Source of the DNA: an uncultured Spirochaetota bacterium
GTDB lineage: Bacteria > Spirochaetota > Spirochaetia > SZUA-6 > Fen-1364
Direction of reading: 5' to 3'
DNA length: 64,000 nucleotides
Assembly: GCA_963745235.1 (NCBI GenBank)
Contig: CAVUXE010000029.1
Span: 128,001 to 192,000 of the forward strand
Shown: in pieces, positions 9,438 to 19,686 of the stretch
Numbering within the stretch: position 1 is the stretch's first letter
How the letters are laid out: every line of letters starts with the position of its first letter
The notes under the pieces: model-generated
What the model saw: only the letters and a program-made list of their open reading frames with translations
What the model was told of the DNA's origin: nothing
Databases searched by the model: none
Position numbers and translations under genes: made by a program

Positions 9438-10358
9438 CTACAACTTTCGGACGGTGATCGGTCCGCTGGTCGTGGTGACATCCATGCGGCCGGAGCCGCT
9501 GCCCACCCTTCCCTCGAGCCAGTTGCGCCGCTGCTCCGTGGCCGCGAGGGGGAGCTCACAGGAGATCCCTCCGCTGACTGAATGCAGTGAGACAATGGCG
9601 TCGAGACCCGAAGGCGCGTCCAGCCCGACTCCGCCGGACACGGTGCGCACGCTGACGGAGCCGCCCTGGTCCAGGGACGCGATCCGCCCTTCGATGGACC
9701 CCGACACCGTATGCGCGTCCAGCCTGCTGCCGGCGAACACGAACTGAACCGATCCGCTGGTGGAGGATGCGTCCAGGTTTCTTGCGCCGCTGGTCTCAAT
9801 GGAACCTGATATCGTCGAAAGATTCTGATCGATGCCCTCGCCCACGCCCCGCACCGTGACGCTTCCACTGACAGAGTGCGCCTCGATTGTCTTGATCCCC
9901 CGGGGCAGGGTGATGACGAAGGAGACCGTACCGGCGCTCATGACGAATCCGCCCGCGTGGCGCTCCTCGATCAACAGCCGGTCACCGCGCTTCTCAATGG
10001 CGACGTTCAGGTTTTCCATTGCCGCGGGAAACATCGCGGTTTTCACGGCGTGGATCCCTACGTTGCTCCCCGTGTCGTTGCCCGGCGTGGGGCCCTGGAT
10101 GTCGATCCCGCCGGCGATGTTCCGGATCTCCACCGTCGTAAAGTCGCCGGAAACCTGTTCCTCCTTCTCTTCCCGCAGCCATCCGCCTCGTTGAAAAGAC
10201 CTTTCGTTCCAGAACCTTTTCATCTCAGGGCCGCCCGCCGGAAAGGAGAAGGCTCGTCCGCGGAAAATGAGGGCAATGCTGGCAATGACCACGACGAGCA
10301 CCATCGCCCCCATGGTGATGCCGACGATGTCTATCGGGCTAAGTCTTGTTCGATTCAT
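9438..10358 (-). CDS. DUF4097 family beta-strand repeat protein
   Basis: N-terminal TM followed by repeated (S/T)(V/I/T)SG(S/G)(V/I) units. Confidence 0.75.
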   Translation of the reverse strand: MNRTRLSPIDIVGITMGAMVLVVVIASIALIFRGRAFSFPAGGPEMKRFWNERSFQRGGWLREEKEEQVSGDFTTVEIRNIAGGIDIQGPTPGNDTGSNVGIHAVKTAMFPAAMENLNVAIEKRGDRLLIEERHAGGFVMSAGTVSFVITLPRGIKTIEAHSVSGSVTVRGVGEGIDQNLSTISGSIETSGARNLDASSTSGSVQFVFAGSRLDAHTVSGSIEGRIASLDQGGSVSVRTVSGGVGLDAPSGLDAIVSLHSVSGGISCELPLAATEQRRNWLEGRVGSGSGRMDVTTTSGPITVRKL

Positions 10359-10620
10359 CCATCTTCTCCATTTCGCGCCTTGCCACGCGGTCCACGAGGG
10401 TACCCGACTGGTAGAGGAAGGCGGAAAGGAAATGCGATGCCACTCCGATTCCCCATCCGAGGGCGGGCCACAGCCACCACTGGTATCCGCCCCAGGTCAC
10501 GTTATTGATGAGGGCCAGCCCTCCGATAACCAGCAGGTAGATTGCCGCGTGGCGTATGAAGCCCACCTTCCGTTCGGCGATCTTTCTTGCCAGCTTGTAC
10601 TTCTCATTCGCATCAGACAT
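10339..10620 (-). CDS. 2TM domain protein
   Basis: GFIRHAAIYLLV...INN...WWLWPALGWGIGVASHF. ATG at 10620. Confidence 0.8.
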   Translation of the reverse strand: MSDANEKYKLARKIAERKVGFIRHAAIYLLVIGGLALINNVTWGGYQWWLWPALGWGIGVASHFLSAFLYQSGTLVDRVARREMEKMDESNKT

Positions 10621-10709
10621 CGCTGTCCCCCTCGCGCTGTAAGTTGGTTCCATAGTGCAACACCGAAAGGCGTCTTCACAGTCCCCCGCGGCCGGGCTAT
10701 AAATGGCGC

Positions 10710-12221
10710 ATGGCAAAGCGTTCGGACGGGTACCTCCTGGGGTTCGACATCGGAAGCTCTTCCATAAAGGCGGCGCTGCTGGAAGCGGAGACCGGCAGGC
10801 TTGTTGCATCAGCATCATCGCCGAAAACCGAGCTCGCCATCTCGGCTCCCCGGCCGGGGTGGGCGGAACAGGACCCCGCCCTGTGGTGGGACAATGCCGT
10901 TGCCGCCGCCGCTGCTTTGAAGGCGGCCGCCGGAAAGGAGTACGGCGCCGTCGCGGCCATCGGCATCTCCTACCAGATGCATGGCCTGGTCGTCATGGAC
11001 AAAGGCGGGAGGGTCCTTCGGCCCTCCATCATCTGGTGCGACAGCCGGGCGGTGGACCTGGGGGAACGGGCGTTCAGGGGGATCGGAGAAAAGACCTGCC
11101 TCTCGCGCCTCCTGAACTCACCGGGCAACTTCACCGCCTCCAAGCTCGCCTGGGTCAAGGAGAACGAGCCGGACGTGTTCTCCCGGGTCAGCACGTTTCT
11201 CCTCCCGGGGGATTGGGTTGCCTTCCGAATGACGGGGGAGGCCTGCACCACCACCTCGGGTCTCTCGGAGGGGGTGCTGTGGGACTTCACCACGGGCGGG
11301 AAGGCCGACGTGGTTCTTGACTGGTATGGCATCCCCGGCAATCTGGTGCCGGAGGTCCGCCCCAGTTTTTCGACGCAGGGGGAGCTGTCAACGGAAGCAG
11401 CGAACGCTCTCGGCCTGGCAAAAGGGATACCCGTCTCCTACCGGGCAGGGGACCAGCCGAACAACGCGTTTTCCCTGCGGGTGCTGGATCCCGGGGAAGC
11501 GGCCACCACGGCCGGGACCTCGGGGGTCGTCTACGGCGTGGCGGGCAAGCCGTGCTACGACCGCCTCTCCCGCGTGAACACGTTCGTCCACGTGAGTCAC
11601 ACCGAGTCTGCGCCCCGCTACGGGGTGCTGCTCTGCGTCAACGGGACGGGAATTCTCAACAGCTGGATGAAACGCATCCTGGTTGGTGACAGCGGCGCCG
11701 TCTCCTACGACCAGATGAACCGGGTTGCAGCCCAGGCCCCCATTGGCGCGGAAGGGGTGACGATCCTCCCCTTCGGCAACGGCGCGGAGCGAACGCTGGA
11801 AAACCGGACTATTGGCAGCTCCCTACTGGGGCTGGATTTCAACAGGCACGGCATCCCTCACCTGCTGCGCGCCTCCCAGGAGGGCATCGTTTTCGCTCTC
11901 CACTACGGCTTGAAGATCATGCGGGACATGGGCACGGAGGCAAGGACGGTGCGCGCCGGCCATGCGAACATGTTCCTCAGCGCCATCTTCCGGGAGGCAT
12001 TCTCGACCGTGACCGGGGCTCGCGTGGAGCTGTACAACACTGACGGCTCGCAGGGCGCCGCGCGCGGCGCCGGGCTCGGGGCGGGCATGTACCCGAGCAG
12101 CAAGGAAGCCTTTGTCGGGCTGACGGCAGTCATGACGGTGGAGCCTGATCCCGCCAAGGGGCCCGCCTACCAGGAGGCATACGGGAGGTGGGAGCGCGCC
12201 CTGGAAGCTGCCATGCGATAG
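10710..12221 (+). CDS. xylB: Xylulokinase (FGGY family)
   Basis: GFDIGSSSIKA, GWAEQDP, ISYQMHGLV, IIWCDSRA, AGDQPNNA, TAGTSG. Confidence 0.85.
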   Translation: MAKRSDGYLLGFDIGSSSIKAALLEAETGRLVASASSPKTELAISAPRPGWAEQDPALWWDNAVAAAAALKAAAGKEYGAVAAIGISYQMHGLVVMDKGGRVLRPSIIWCDSRAVDLGERAFRGIGEKTCLSRLLNSPGNFTASKLAWVKENEPDVFSRVSTFLLPGDWVAFRMTGEACTTTSGLSEGVLWDFTTGGKADVVLDWYGIPGNLVPEVRPSFSTQGELSTEAANALGLAKGIPVSYRAGDQPNNAFSLRVLDPGEAATTAGTSGVVYGVAGKPCYDRLSRVNTFVHVSHTESAPRYGVLLCVNGTGILNSWMKRILVGDSGAVSYDQMNRVAAQAPIGAEGVTILPFGNGAERTLENRTIGSSLLGLDFNRHGIPHLLRASQEGIVFALHYGLKIMRDMGTEARTVRAGHANMFLSAIFREAFSTVTGARVELYNTDGSQGAARGAGLGAGMYPSSKEAFVGLTAVMTVEPDPAKGPAYQEAYGRWERALEAAMR

Positions 12222-12233
12222 GCGGGGGCCGAC

Positions 12234-13856
12234 CTATCGGAGGGGAACGCCCGCGTTCAAGGGACTCTCTTTCTTGCCGGCCCCGATTATTTTCCGGCCG
12301 TTCATGAAGACGTAGTCGATGCCTTCAGGGGTGCGGTTCCCGTCCGGGGATGCCCTCACGTTCTCCCAATCCAGCACGACAATGTCCGCGGCCAATCCTT
12401 CCTTGAGCAGTCCGCGGTCACGGAGGTCAAACCTCTCCGCAACGGCCCCCGTCATCCTGCGGACGGCTTCCTCCAGAGGCAGGACCTTCTCCTCTCGTGA
12501 AACCTGCAGCGCCCGCACCAGCCCACAAAACGCCGAGGGGTTGTCTCCACCGAGGCGCTCAACCGCAGCCCCGGTCATGAAAAGGCAGGCCCGATGCCGC
12601 ATGAGCTCCGTCAGCAGCTTGTCGTTTCCCATTTTCTGGCAGAGAAGACGCGCCCGACCGCCGCTCCTCCGCGCTATCTCGATCAGCGCATCAGAGGGGC
12701 TGAGCCGGCGAAGCCGCGCAATCTCCGACAGCGGCTTGCCGTTGTATTCCGCCATGTCCTGGGTCATCGTGTCGGTTATCCGTAGATCTGCCGCTGACAT
12801 GGCAAGCTGTCTCCCGGATTTGCGGACTTCTTTGCGGAGAGTCCGCAACGCTTCGCCATCTTCGAATGCGGCCGCTCCCCTGGCGAGGAACCATGGTGAC
12901 AGCGCCGTGCTGACACGGGTCACTGCTTCGTGGACGGCGCAAGTGTCGAACCTCACGTCCAATCCGTCGGTGAGGGCCTTGTCGATGAGTCGAAGAGCCG
13001 TCTCCGCGGTGCGCCAGGTTCGGGAGCCGAGAAACGCAAGGTGCGAGATCTGGAGCCTGACCCCCGTCTGTCGGGCAAGATCCAGCAGCTCCCGCAGCGC
13101 CGCGATGTTGCTCGGTTCGCTGAACGAGCGCCGGGATCGTCCCGGGGCCTCGGCGCAAACGCTCCGCGGATGAACGGACAGGATCCTCCCGCGGTGCTTC
13201 ACCAGGAGCGCAATCTCCTTCAGCTCCTCCGGGCGCGCAAAGAGCCCGGGCGCCAGGTGCAGTCCCACGGAAACCCCGCGGGCCCCCTGCTCCATCGCGA
13301 TCTCCAGGAGGCGCAGCAGCTCCTTTGACTCGTAGGGATGAAGCGGGGACGGGTCCAGTCCGCGGATGGACGCTCGACTGGAGCCGTGCCCGGCCATCAG
13401 GGCGAGGTTGTGGCTTGTCCCCGAACCCTGGAGCCTCTCGAACAGCTCATCCACGGTGTCCCACTGGAGCGCCAGCTGACCGCTTGAAAACGGGTTGTCC
13501 GCCACCTGTTCCCGCCAACGTGAGCTTTCGCGCAGCCCGGCCGGCGCCCATCCGCAATTGCCGCCGATCACCGTCGTAATGCCCTGGGCCAGGAAGGGGT
13601 ACCTCAGCTCGTCATGTCCCTTGAGCGGCAGGTGCCAATCCAGGTGTGAGTGCGCATCGATGAACCCGGGGGCCACCACCCGGTCGGTGCAGTCGATCAT
13701 CACGCCGGTGGTTCGGATGGGGCGTGCGGAGATGCGATGCACGCGGCCGGCGCGGATGAGGAGGTTGCCGACAACCGGCTTGTCCCCTGTCCCGTCCACG
13801 ATGAGGCCGTTTTTCAGCACCAGGTCCTGGTTTTCCCTGCCGGCATCCCGCTTCAT
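12234..13856 (-). CDS. N-acyl-D-amino-acid deacylase family amidohydrolase
   Basis: APGFIDAHSH, QGITTVIGGNCG, RGLLKEGLAADIVV. Confidence 0.8.
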   Translation of the reverse strand: MKRDAGRENQDLVLKNGLIVDGTGDKPVVGNLLIRAGRVHRISARPIRTTGVMIDCTDRVVAPGFIDAHSHLDWHLPLKGHDELRYPFLAQGITTVIGGNCGWAPAGLRESSRWREQVADNPFSSGQLALQWDTVDELFERLQGSGTSHNLALMAGHGSSRASIRGLDPSPLHPYESKELLRLLEIAMEQGARGVSVGLHLAPGLFARPEELKEIALLVKHRGRILSVHPRSVCAEAPGRSRRSFSEPSNIAALRELLDLARQTGVRLQISHLAFLGSRTWRTAETALRLIDKALTDGLDVRFDTCAVHEAVTRVSTALSPWFLARGAAAFEDGEALRTLRKEVRKSGRQLAMSAADLRITDTMTQDMAEYNGKPLSEIARLRRLSPSDALIEIARRSGGRARLLCQKMGNDKLLTELMRHRACLFMTGAAVERLGGDNPSAFCGLVRALQVSREEKVLPLEEAVRRMTGAVAERFDLRDRGLLKEGLAADIVVLDWENVRASPDGNRTPEGIDYVFMNGRKIIGAGKKESPLNAGVPLR

Positions 13857-13954
13857 GCGTATTCTCCATCTATATCACACGCGGTACAGAATTGACAGGG
13901 CGAGGATTGTTTTGTGAGGCTTTACTGCAACGCTCTCATGCGCCGGCGCCGGAT

Positions 13955-14500
13955 TCAGGCGCGCGCCGGCTTGTGCATGTGAATCCTGATGCCGAGTGCG
14001 ATCAGGAAGATGCCGAAGACGATGGCGTAGAGTCCCAGCAGCCAGACCAGGCCCAGGATCCCGGCGCCGGGGAAGACCATCAGGATGACGGCGAATGCGA
14101 TGGAAACGAGCCCGGTAAGTATCCACCAGAGCTCGCCTTTGATCTCCTTGCGCATGCGGATGGCCCCCACTATCTCGATGATGCCGGTTGCGAGGCTCCA
14201 GGCCGCGATGTAGAAAAGAAGGCCGATGGCGGTGACTCCCGGGGAGAAGAAGGTGATTATCCCTATGCCGATCCCCAGAAGCCCCTCGAACAGGAGGACC
14301 CACCGGTCATCCCGCTCTTTCCGGCTTCCTATTGCCTTGATCACGAGGAAAACGCCGTCAACGAAGGCGTAGGCGCCGAAAACGATGATGAGCGCGGCGA
14401 GGGTGATCCCCGGCCAGACCCAGGCCAGCACACCGAGCCCAATGGCGAGGATCCCCCTGATGAGGAAGGCCCACCAGTAGCGAGACAGCGCTTCGATCAT
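13955..14500 (-). CDS. HdeD/DUF308 family membrane protein
   Basis: WWAFLIRGILAIGLG...WPG, FGAYAFVDG; six hydrophobic segments. Confidence 0.8.
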   Translation of the reverse strand: MIEALSRYWWAFLIRGILAIGLGVLAWVWPGITLAALIIVFGAYAFVDGVFLVIKAIGSRKERDDRWVLLFEGLLGIGIGIITFFSPGVTAIGLLFYIAAWSLATGIIEIVGAIRMRKEIKGELWWILTGLVSIAFAVILMVFPGAGILGLVWLLGLYAIVFGIFLIALGIRIHMHKPARA

Positions 14501-14674
14501 GCTGCATCTCCTTTCACGCGACGCTCACTCGGGCGCACCGCCAGCAGTCCCCGGGACAGGTCATTTGTCTGGCGCTCGATCGAAAGATACCGACGTTCAC
14601 GGCAACGCGACCACAGAATTGTCGAACCGTTGTTTGTTGCCAGAACGCCTCACCAGGGGTACTTTCGTTGAGAC

Positions 14675-15076
14675 ATGAGAAGACTGTTGCTGCTCTTCCT
14701 TTTTCTTGCAGTTTTTTCATCCGCCTGCCTGTCTTCCCAGTCCCTGGTTGGCACCTGGGTATCCACGGAGCACTCCCTGGTGAGCCTGAGATTCAGTCTG
14801 ACCTTTTACGAGAAGGACTATCTCATAAATACTTCCTTCGGGCAGACAATCGGCACGTACTACTGCACGACAGACAAGATCTACTTCAGCCCCACGAAAG
14901 CGGGAATCAACGGCGGAGACATCGGGAAGAACGATACGTGGAGCTACAGGTTCGCTGACGAGGATTCCTTCTCCATGAGCAGCGGCATCATCACGATAAG
15001 GCTCGTCAGGGCAGGCTCGAAAGAATGGGAACAGGCTCAACGGGAAGAGGCCGCGGCGGGCCGCCATGGCAGGTAG
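14675..15076 (+). CDS. Putative lipoprotein
   Basis: Short signal peptide ending FSSAC (lipobox-like), then LVGTW (lipocalin-like start). Confidence 0.6.
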   Translation: MRRLLLLFLFLAVFSSACLSSQSLVGTWVSTEHSLVSLRFSLTFYEKDYLINTSFGQTIGTYYCTTDKIYFSPTKAGINGGDIGKNDTWSYRFADEDSFSMSSGIITIRLVRAGSKEWEQAQREEAAAGRHGR

Positions 15077-15159
15077 GTCACCTTTCTGTTTGCTGGAAAA
15101 TCGCCTAAGATATCACCCATGATCGAGTCGCGGGAATAGGATCGAGTCGCAGGAACAGC

Positions 15160-15990
15160 ATGGTATTCGTCGTCGGCGCCGTTGCAATCGACCTCGTTGC
15201 CGTCAAGGAAAAGTTCCTCGAAGGCACGTCCAACCCGTCTGACATCCGCCTGGGGCTTGGCGGCGTGGGATACAGGATATTCAGCAATCTCGACGCCCCC
15301 CGGAAGTTCATCACGGCTCTCGCGAACGACCCCATTTCGCGGTGGGCACGGGAGGCCCTGGAGGCGGATGACGGCGTGGCCATCCAGCGCGTGAGGGAGA
15401 AGGATGCAGGCCCGCCCTTGTACCTTGCGCTCATGGAGAGCGGGAGCCTCAAAGTCGCCGCATCGGATTTCAGGATCGTCGAACAATCCCTGTCCGTTTC
15501 CTTTGTCGTGGAGCAGATCGGAGAGCCGGGGCCGCGGGACTTCCTCATCCTGGATGCAAACCTTTCTCCCGCGGTGCTTGCCGACCTCGCACGGAGATAC
15601 TCGGCAGGCACCCGCGTCATCGTCGAGCCAGTGTCAGTGGAGAAGGCCGCCCGCCATGCGGATGCCCTGCGGGACTTGTTCCTTCTCACCCCGACAGAGG
15701 AGGAGATGGCCGCCCTGGCGGGAGGAATTCCTCAAGACTATCGCCGCGCCAGAAGGATCGGTTCACTGCTGGTCACACTCGGGAGGCGCGGGGTGCGGTT
15801 GTACGATGATGAGGGGGAGGAGGCAATCTCTCCGACCCTCGTGGTGGATGCCCCGGACACGACGGGTGCGGGGGACCTCCTGCTGGCCTCACTCGTTTCC
15901 CGGGTGCATGCGGGAGAGGGCGTGCGGACAGCCGTGCGCGGAGCCATGCAGGCCGTGGAGCAGAGACTGCAGGCAGGAGACCTCTTGTGA
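15160..15990 (+). CDS. psuK: PfkB family kinase, probable pseudouridine kinase
   Basis: GGVGYRI and DTTGAGD motifs; overlaps psuG. Confidence 0.65.
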   Translation: MVFVVGAVAIDLVAVKEKFLEGTSNPSDIRLGLGGVGYRIFSNLDAPRKFITALANDPISRWAREALEADDGVAIQRVREKDAGPPLYLALMESGSLKVAASDFRIVEQSLSVSFVVEQIGEPGPRDFLILDANLSPAVLADLARRYSAGTRVIVEPVSVEKAARHADALRDLFLLTPTEEEMAALAGGIPQDYRRARRIGSLLVTLGRRGVRLYDDEGEEAISPTLVVDAPDTTGAGDLLLASLVSRVHAGEGVRTAVRGAMQAVEQRLQAGDLL

Positions 15991-16901
15991 CAGACTTTGT
16001 GTCCCTCTCTCCCGAGGTGGCGCAGGCCCTGGCGGACCACCGGCCCGTTCTGGCCTTCGAGTCCACCATCATCAGCCACGGCATGCCCTATCCCCGCAAC
16101 ATGGAGACGGCCCAGGAAGCGGAGCGACTGGCTCGGGCTGCCGGCGTTGTTCCCGCCACAATCGCCGTCATGGACGGCAGCGTTGCAGTTGGCCTCTCGG
16201 AAGCCCGGCTTTCCCGGCTCGCCACGGAGAAGGACGTCCTCAAGGTGTCACGGCGAGACCTCGCGTGGGCGCTTGCGGCGCGCCGGACGGGCGCGACAAC
16301 GGTGTCTGCAACCATGCTCGCCGCCAGACTGGCCGGCATCAGCGTGTTCGCGACGGGCGGCATCGGCGGGGTCCACAGGGGCGCCCAGGATACCTTCGAT
16401 ATTTCCGCTGATCTTGCCGAGCTTGCTTCCACGTCGGTCCTCGTGGTGTCCGCCGGGGCAAAAGCCATCCTGGATCTGCCCCGGACTCTGGAAGTGCTGG
16501 AAACCCTCGGTGTCCCCGTGATCGGCTTCGGGACCGCGGAGTTTCCCGCATTCTATTCGAGGTCCAGCGGCCTGCCCCTTTCCCTCCGCGCGGACACCCC
16601 TGCCGAGGCTGCGGCGGTGCTTCGGGCCCAGCGCGCCCTGGGTCTTCCCCAGGGCATCCTTGTGGCCAATCCAGTCCCCGCGGAGTGGGAGATTCCGCTC
16701 GCAACCATGGACGCCTGGATTCGCCAGGCCCTTGCGGACCTGCGGAAACGCGGCGTCACGGGGAAGGCGGTCACGCCGTTTCTCCTGTCACGCATCGTCG
16801 AGCTTTCCGGAGGCAAGTCGCTGGAAACGAATGTGAAGCTCTTTCATCACAATGTTCGGCTCGGAAGCGCAATAGCGGCGGACCTTGCTCGAACGCCCTG
16901 A
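15987..16901 (+). CDS. psuG: Pseudouridine-5'-phosphate glycosidase
   Basis: ESTIISHGMPYPRN, ATTVSATM, FATGGIGGVHRG, DISADLAEL, GKAVTPFLL. Confidence 0.93.
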   Translation: MTDFVSLSPEVAQALADHRPVLAFESTIISHGMPYPRNMETAQEAERLARAAGVVPATIAVMDGSVAVGLSEARLSRLATEKDVLKVSRRDLAWALAARRTGATTVSATMLAARLAGISVFATGGIGGVHRGAQDTFDISADLAELASTSVLVVSAGAKAILDLPRTLEVLETLGVPVIGFGTAEFPAFYSRSSGLPLSLRADTPAEAAAVLRAQRALGLPQGILVANPVPAEWEIPLATMDAWIRQALADLRKRGVTGKAVTPFLLSRIVELSGGKSLETNVKLFHHNVRLGSAIAADLARTP

Positions 16902-16913
16902 GGTGCAGGAGAT

Positions 16914-17879
16914 ATGCAGATGCAGAACCGCATCGAGGCAATAGATCAGTACCGCGGGATAGCGATCATCCTCATGGTCATCGCAAACTACCTCTTCGAT
17001 GTGACAACCATACCTGGTTGGCTCAAGCATGCGCCGGACATCGGGCTCACCGTCATCGACCTGATAGCCCCGTTCTTCATATTCGCGATCGGGCTCACCT
17101 ACGGCGCCTCGTACCGCGCCCGCGTTGAGCGCGACGGGGCGGCACGGACGTGGGGACACTTCCTGCGGAGATGGCTCGCGTTGATCGGCATCGGGGCCAT
17201 CATCTCCGCCGGCGAGGTCCTGGTGGGCAAGAACGCGAGCCCCATCAGCTGGGGCGTGCTGCAGGCAATCGGCGTGGCCGGCATCGTCACCCTGCTCGTG
17301 ATCCGCGTGCCGCCGCTGTGGCGCGCGCTCATCGCGCTGGTGATGCTTGCGGCCTACCAGCTCCTTCTGGACAACCTGTGGCTCTCCACCGTGCTGCACT
17401 CTGAGCACGGCGGCATGGAGGGCGCCGTTGCCTGGTCAGCCATGCTCATACTCTCCAGCGTGGTTGCCGACGTGTGGCGGAGGAATGGTTCGAGCGAGCT
17501 CGGCGTTGCCTGGCCCAGCGCGGTGGCTCTTGCGGCCGGCCTCCTCCTGTCTCTCGTTGCTCCCATCAGCAAGAACCGCGTCTCAGCGAGCTACGTTCTG
17601 GTCAGCCTCGGGGCGAGCGGCCTTCTCTTTGCAGTTGTGCAGTTTGCTGTAAGCCGGCTGCGCTTCCGTCCCGCGTATCTCAGGTGGTGGGGAATCAATC
17701 CGCTCCTGCTGTACGTGATGCACTACCTGCTGCTTGCCCTGGTGGTCCTCCCGGACGCCCCCTGGTGGCACGTGCAGGCCTCCATTCCCCTTGTGGTGGC
17801 GCAGGCCGCGGGGATCATAGCCATTCTGAGTGTTGCCGCGTGGCTCCTCTCGCGACGGAAGCAGCCGTTCTCCCTGTAA
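16914..17879 (+). CDS. HGSNAT-like (DUF5009/DUF1624) membrane acyltransferase
   Basis: RIEAIDQYRGIAIILMVIAN, LKHA, DLIAPFFIFAIG, GVLQAIG, PISK. Confidence 0.7.
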   Translation: MQMQNRIEAIDQYRGIAIILMVIANYLFDVTTIPGWLKHAPDIGLTVIDLIAPFFIFAIGLTYGASYRARVERDGAARTWGHFLRRWLALIGIGAIISAGEVLVGKNASPISWGVLQAIGVAGIVTLLVIRVPPLWRALIALVMLAAYQLLLDNLWLSTVLHSEHGGMEGAVAWSAMLILSSVVADVWRRNGSSELGVAWPSAVALAAGLLLSLVAPISKNRVSASYVLVSLGASGLLFAVVQFAVSRLRFRPAYLRWWGINPLLLYVMHYLLLALVVLPDAPWWHVQASIPLVVAQAAGIIAILSVAAWLLSRRKQPFSL

Positions 17880-17880
17880 G

Positions 17881-17921
17881 CGCGCTTCCCTGGGCGCGTA
17901 GTCGCGCTTCCCTGGGCGCGT
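17881..17921. repeat. Two exact 19-bp direct repeats, each a small hairpin
   Basis: CGCGCTTCCCTGGGCGCGT at 17881-17899 and 17903-17921, between convergent stops. Confidence 0.8.
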
Positions 17922-18754
17922 CATGGCTTGCGGTGCTTCTCCATCCATGCAAGGACGAAGTCAGCCACTTTCTCCCTGTCCAGATCGTTGTGCAGCTCGT
18001 GTCTCCCGCCCTCCCAGACCTTCAGCGTGACGTCCCCGGAGAGACGCTCGGCAAAAGCGATGGCCTCCTTCGGGCTCACATGGTGGTCGTCGGTCCCCTG
18101 CATCAGGAGCAAAGGCAGCGGGAACCCGGTCTGACGCCTGATCCACTCACCTGCGCGAAGCAGCTCCGCCCCGAGGCGAACGCTGACTCCTTCCTGAAAA
18201 AGGGGATCCTTCTTTGTCCGCTCAATGACCGCTGAATCCCGTGAGAGACTCTCCCAGGGTACCTCCGTCGTTATGATCGTCCTGGGAACGATCCGGGAGA
18301 GCACTTTGCCGCCTGCTGTCTTCAGCGGCGACAGGGGTGTCCCGGGAGCCAGCAGAGGACTTGTGGCAATGACGCCGTCAAGCGACGGGGAGCGGCGCAG
18401 CACGTAGTACAACACCTGTTCTCCGCCGAGACTGTGACCGTACAGGAAAAGAGGCATGCGGGGAAAACGAAGCCTGGTCTGCTCGATGTGCCTGTCGATG
18501 TCTCCCATCAGGTCCTCGAATGACGAGGCGTAAAGCCGTGGCCCTCCCGTCCTGCCGTGGCCGCGCAGGTCGAACGCGCTGAGCGCGTAGCCCGCCGCCG
18601 GCAGCCTTTCCACCAGCAGGGGGTAGCGGCCCGAGTGCTCTCCCAACCCGTGCACCAGCGCGACCACCGCCTTCGGCGTTCCCTCCGGCGCCCATGACTG
18701 CGCGAACATCTCGAGACCGTCCGCCGCCTTCCATGAATACTCCGCATGTTTCAT
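17921..18754 (-). CDS. Alpha/beta hydrolase (lysophospholipase/monoacylglycerol lipase family)
   Basis: HGLGEHSGRY, DLRGHG, GHSLGG nucleophile, RHELHND. Confidence 0.88.
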   Translation of the reverse strand: MKHAEYSWKAADGLEMFAQSWAPEGTPKAVVALVHGLGEHSGRYPLLVERLPAAGYALSAFDLRGHGRTGGPRLYASSFEDLMGDIDRHIEQTRLRFPRMPLFLYGHSLGGEQVLYYVLRRSPSLDGVIATSPLLAPGTPLSPLKTAGGKVLSRIVPRTIITTEVPWESLSRDSAVIERTKKDPLFQEGVSVRLGAELLRAGEWIRRQTGFPLPLLLMQGTDDHHVSPKEAIAFAERLSGDVTLKVWEGGRHELHNDLDREKVADFVLAWMEKHRKP

Positions 18755-18811
18755 CAGGGAACCCCCTTTTCCGGATGCCTCGGATTCTACTATGATCCGA
18801 CCAGGTCCGCC

Positions 18812-19580
18812 ATGCGAAATATCATCACCGTTGCCATTGACGCCGCCCGGGAGGCCGGGACATTTCTCCGTGAAAGCCATCACACGTCGCTCACCGTGGA
18901 GACCAAGGAAGACAGGAGCCTCGTGACCAACGTTGATCGCGAAGCGGAACGGATCATCGTCTCACGCATCGAAGCCGCCTTTCCGTCCCATGACATCATC
19001 GCGGAGGAGAGGGGACAGACCTCGCGGGGCTCGGACCACTGCTGGGTGATCGATCCCATGGATGGCACTCACAACTACATCCGGGGGATGGGGATCTATG
19101 GCGTCTCGATCGGCGTGATCCAGCGGGGCTCCTTCGTTGCCGGGGCCATCTTCATACCGGAGACCGATGAGATGTATGGCGCAGAACAGGGGGCGGGATC
19201 CTTCCGAAACGGGAACCGCATCCACGTCTCCCGGCGATCCGACCTTTCCGCCTGTACCATGGCTTTCGATTCCGAGCTTCGCCAGGAGACGCCTCGCAAG
19301 CTGCGCGTGCTGGGAGAGCTCTGCCCGCGCATTTTCAACATACGGCTTTTCGGCTCCACGGCCAGAAACCTTTCCCACATCGCGGAAGGAGTCCTTGACG
19401 GGGTGATCGAGTTCTCGGACAAGCTCTGGGATTTTGCCGCCGGCGCCGTGATCGTCACCGAGGCGGGAGGACGGATGACCGCGCTTCGACGGAGCGGCGC
19501 TGACCCCCGGTGATACCGCCTACATCGCGTCCAACGGGCTCGTCCATGAATCGCTTGAAAGAATCGCCAACTCTGCATAA
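18812..19580 (+). CDS. Inositol monophosphatase family protein, frameshift near 19495
   Basis: LVTNVDREAE, WVIDPMDGTHNY, WDFAAG. The C-terminus IASNGLVH...* lies in another frame ending at 19580. Confidence 0.85.
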
Positions 19581-19629
19581 AGATGCGCGGCGCTCAAGTT
19601 TACAAGCAGCGCCGGGATGTGGATTTTTC

Positions 19630-19658
19630 TTGCGCTGAATGATTTTCGGGAATAGAAT
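19630..19658 (+). promoter_or_regulatory. Sigma70 promoter of gdh
   Basis: TTGCGC-N17-TAGAAT, followed by AAGGAG and ATG 19687. Confidence 0.55.
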
Positions 19659-19686
19659 GGCGCATCCACCAAAGGAGATGCTCAAC

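Noticed and set aside
17881-17921. CRISPR array
   Set aside because: Only two 19-bp copies separated by 3 nt; no spacers and no cas genes.
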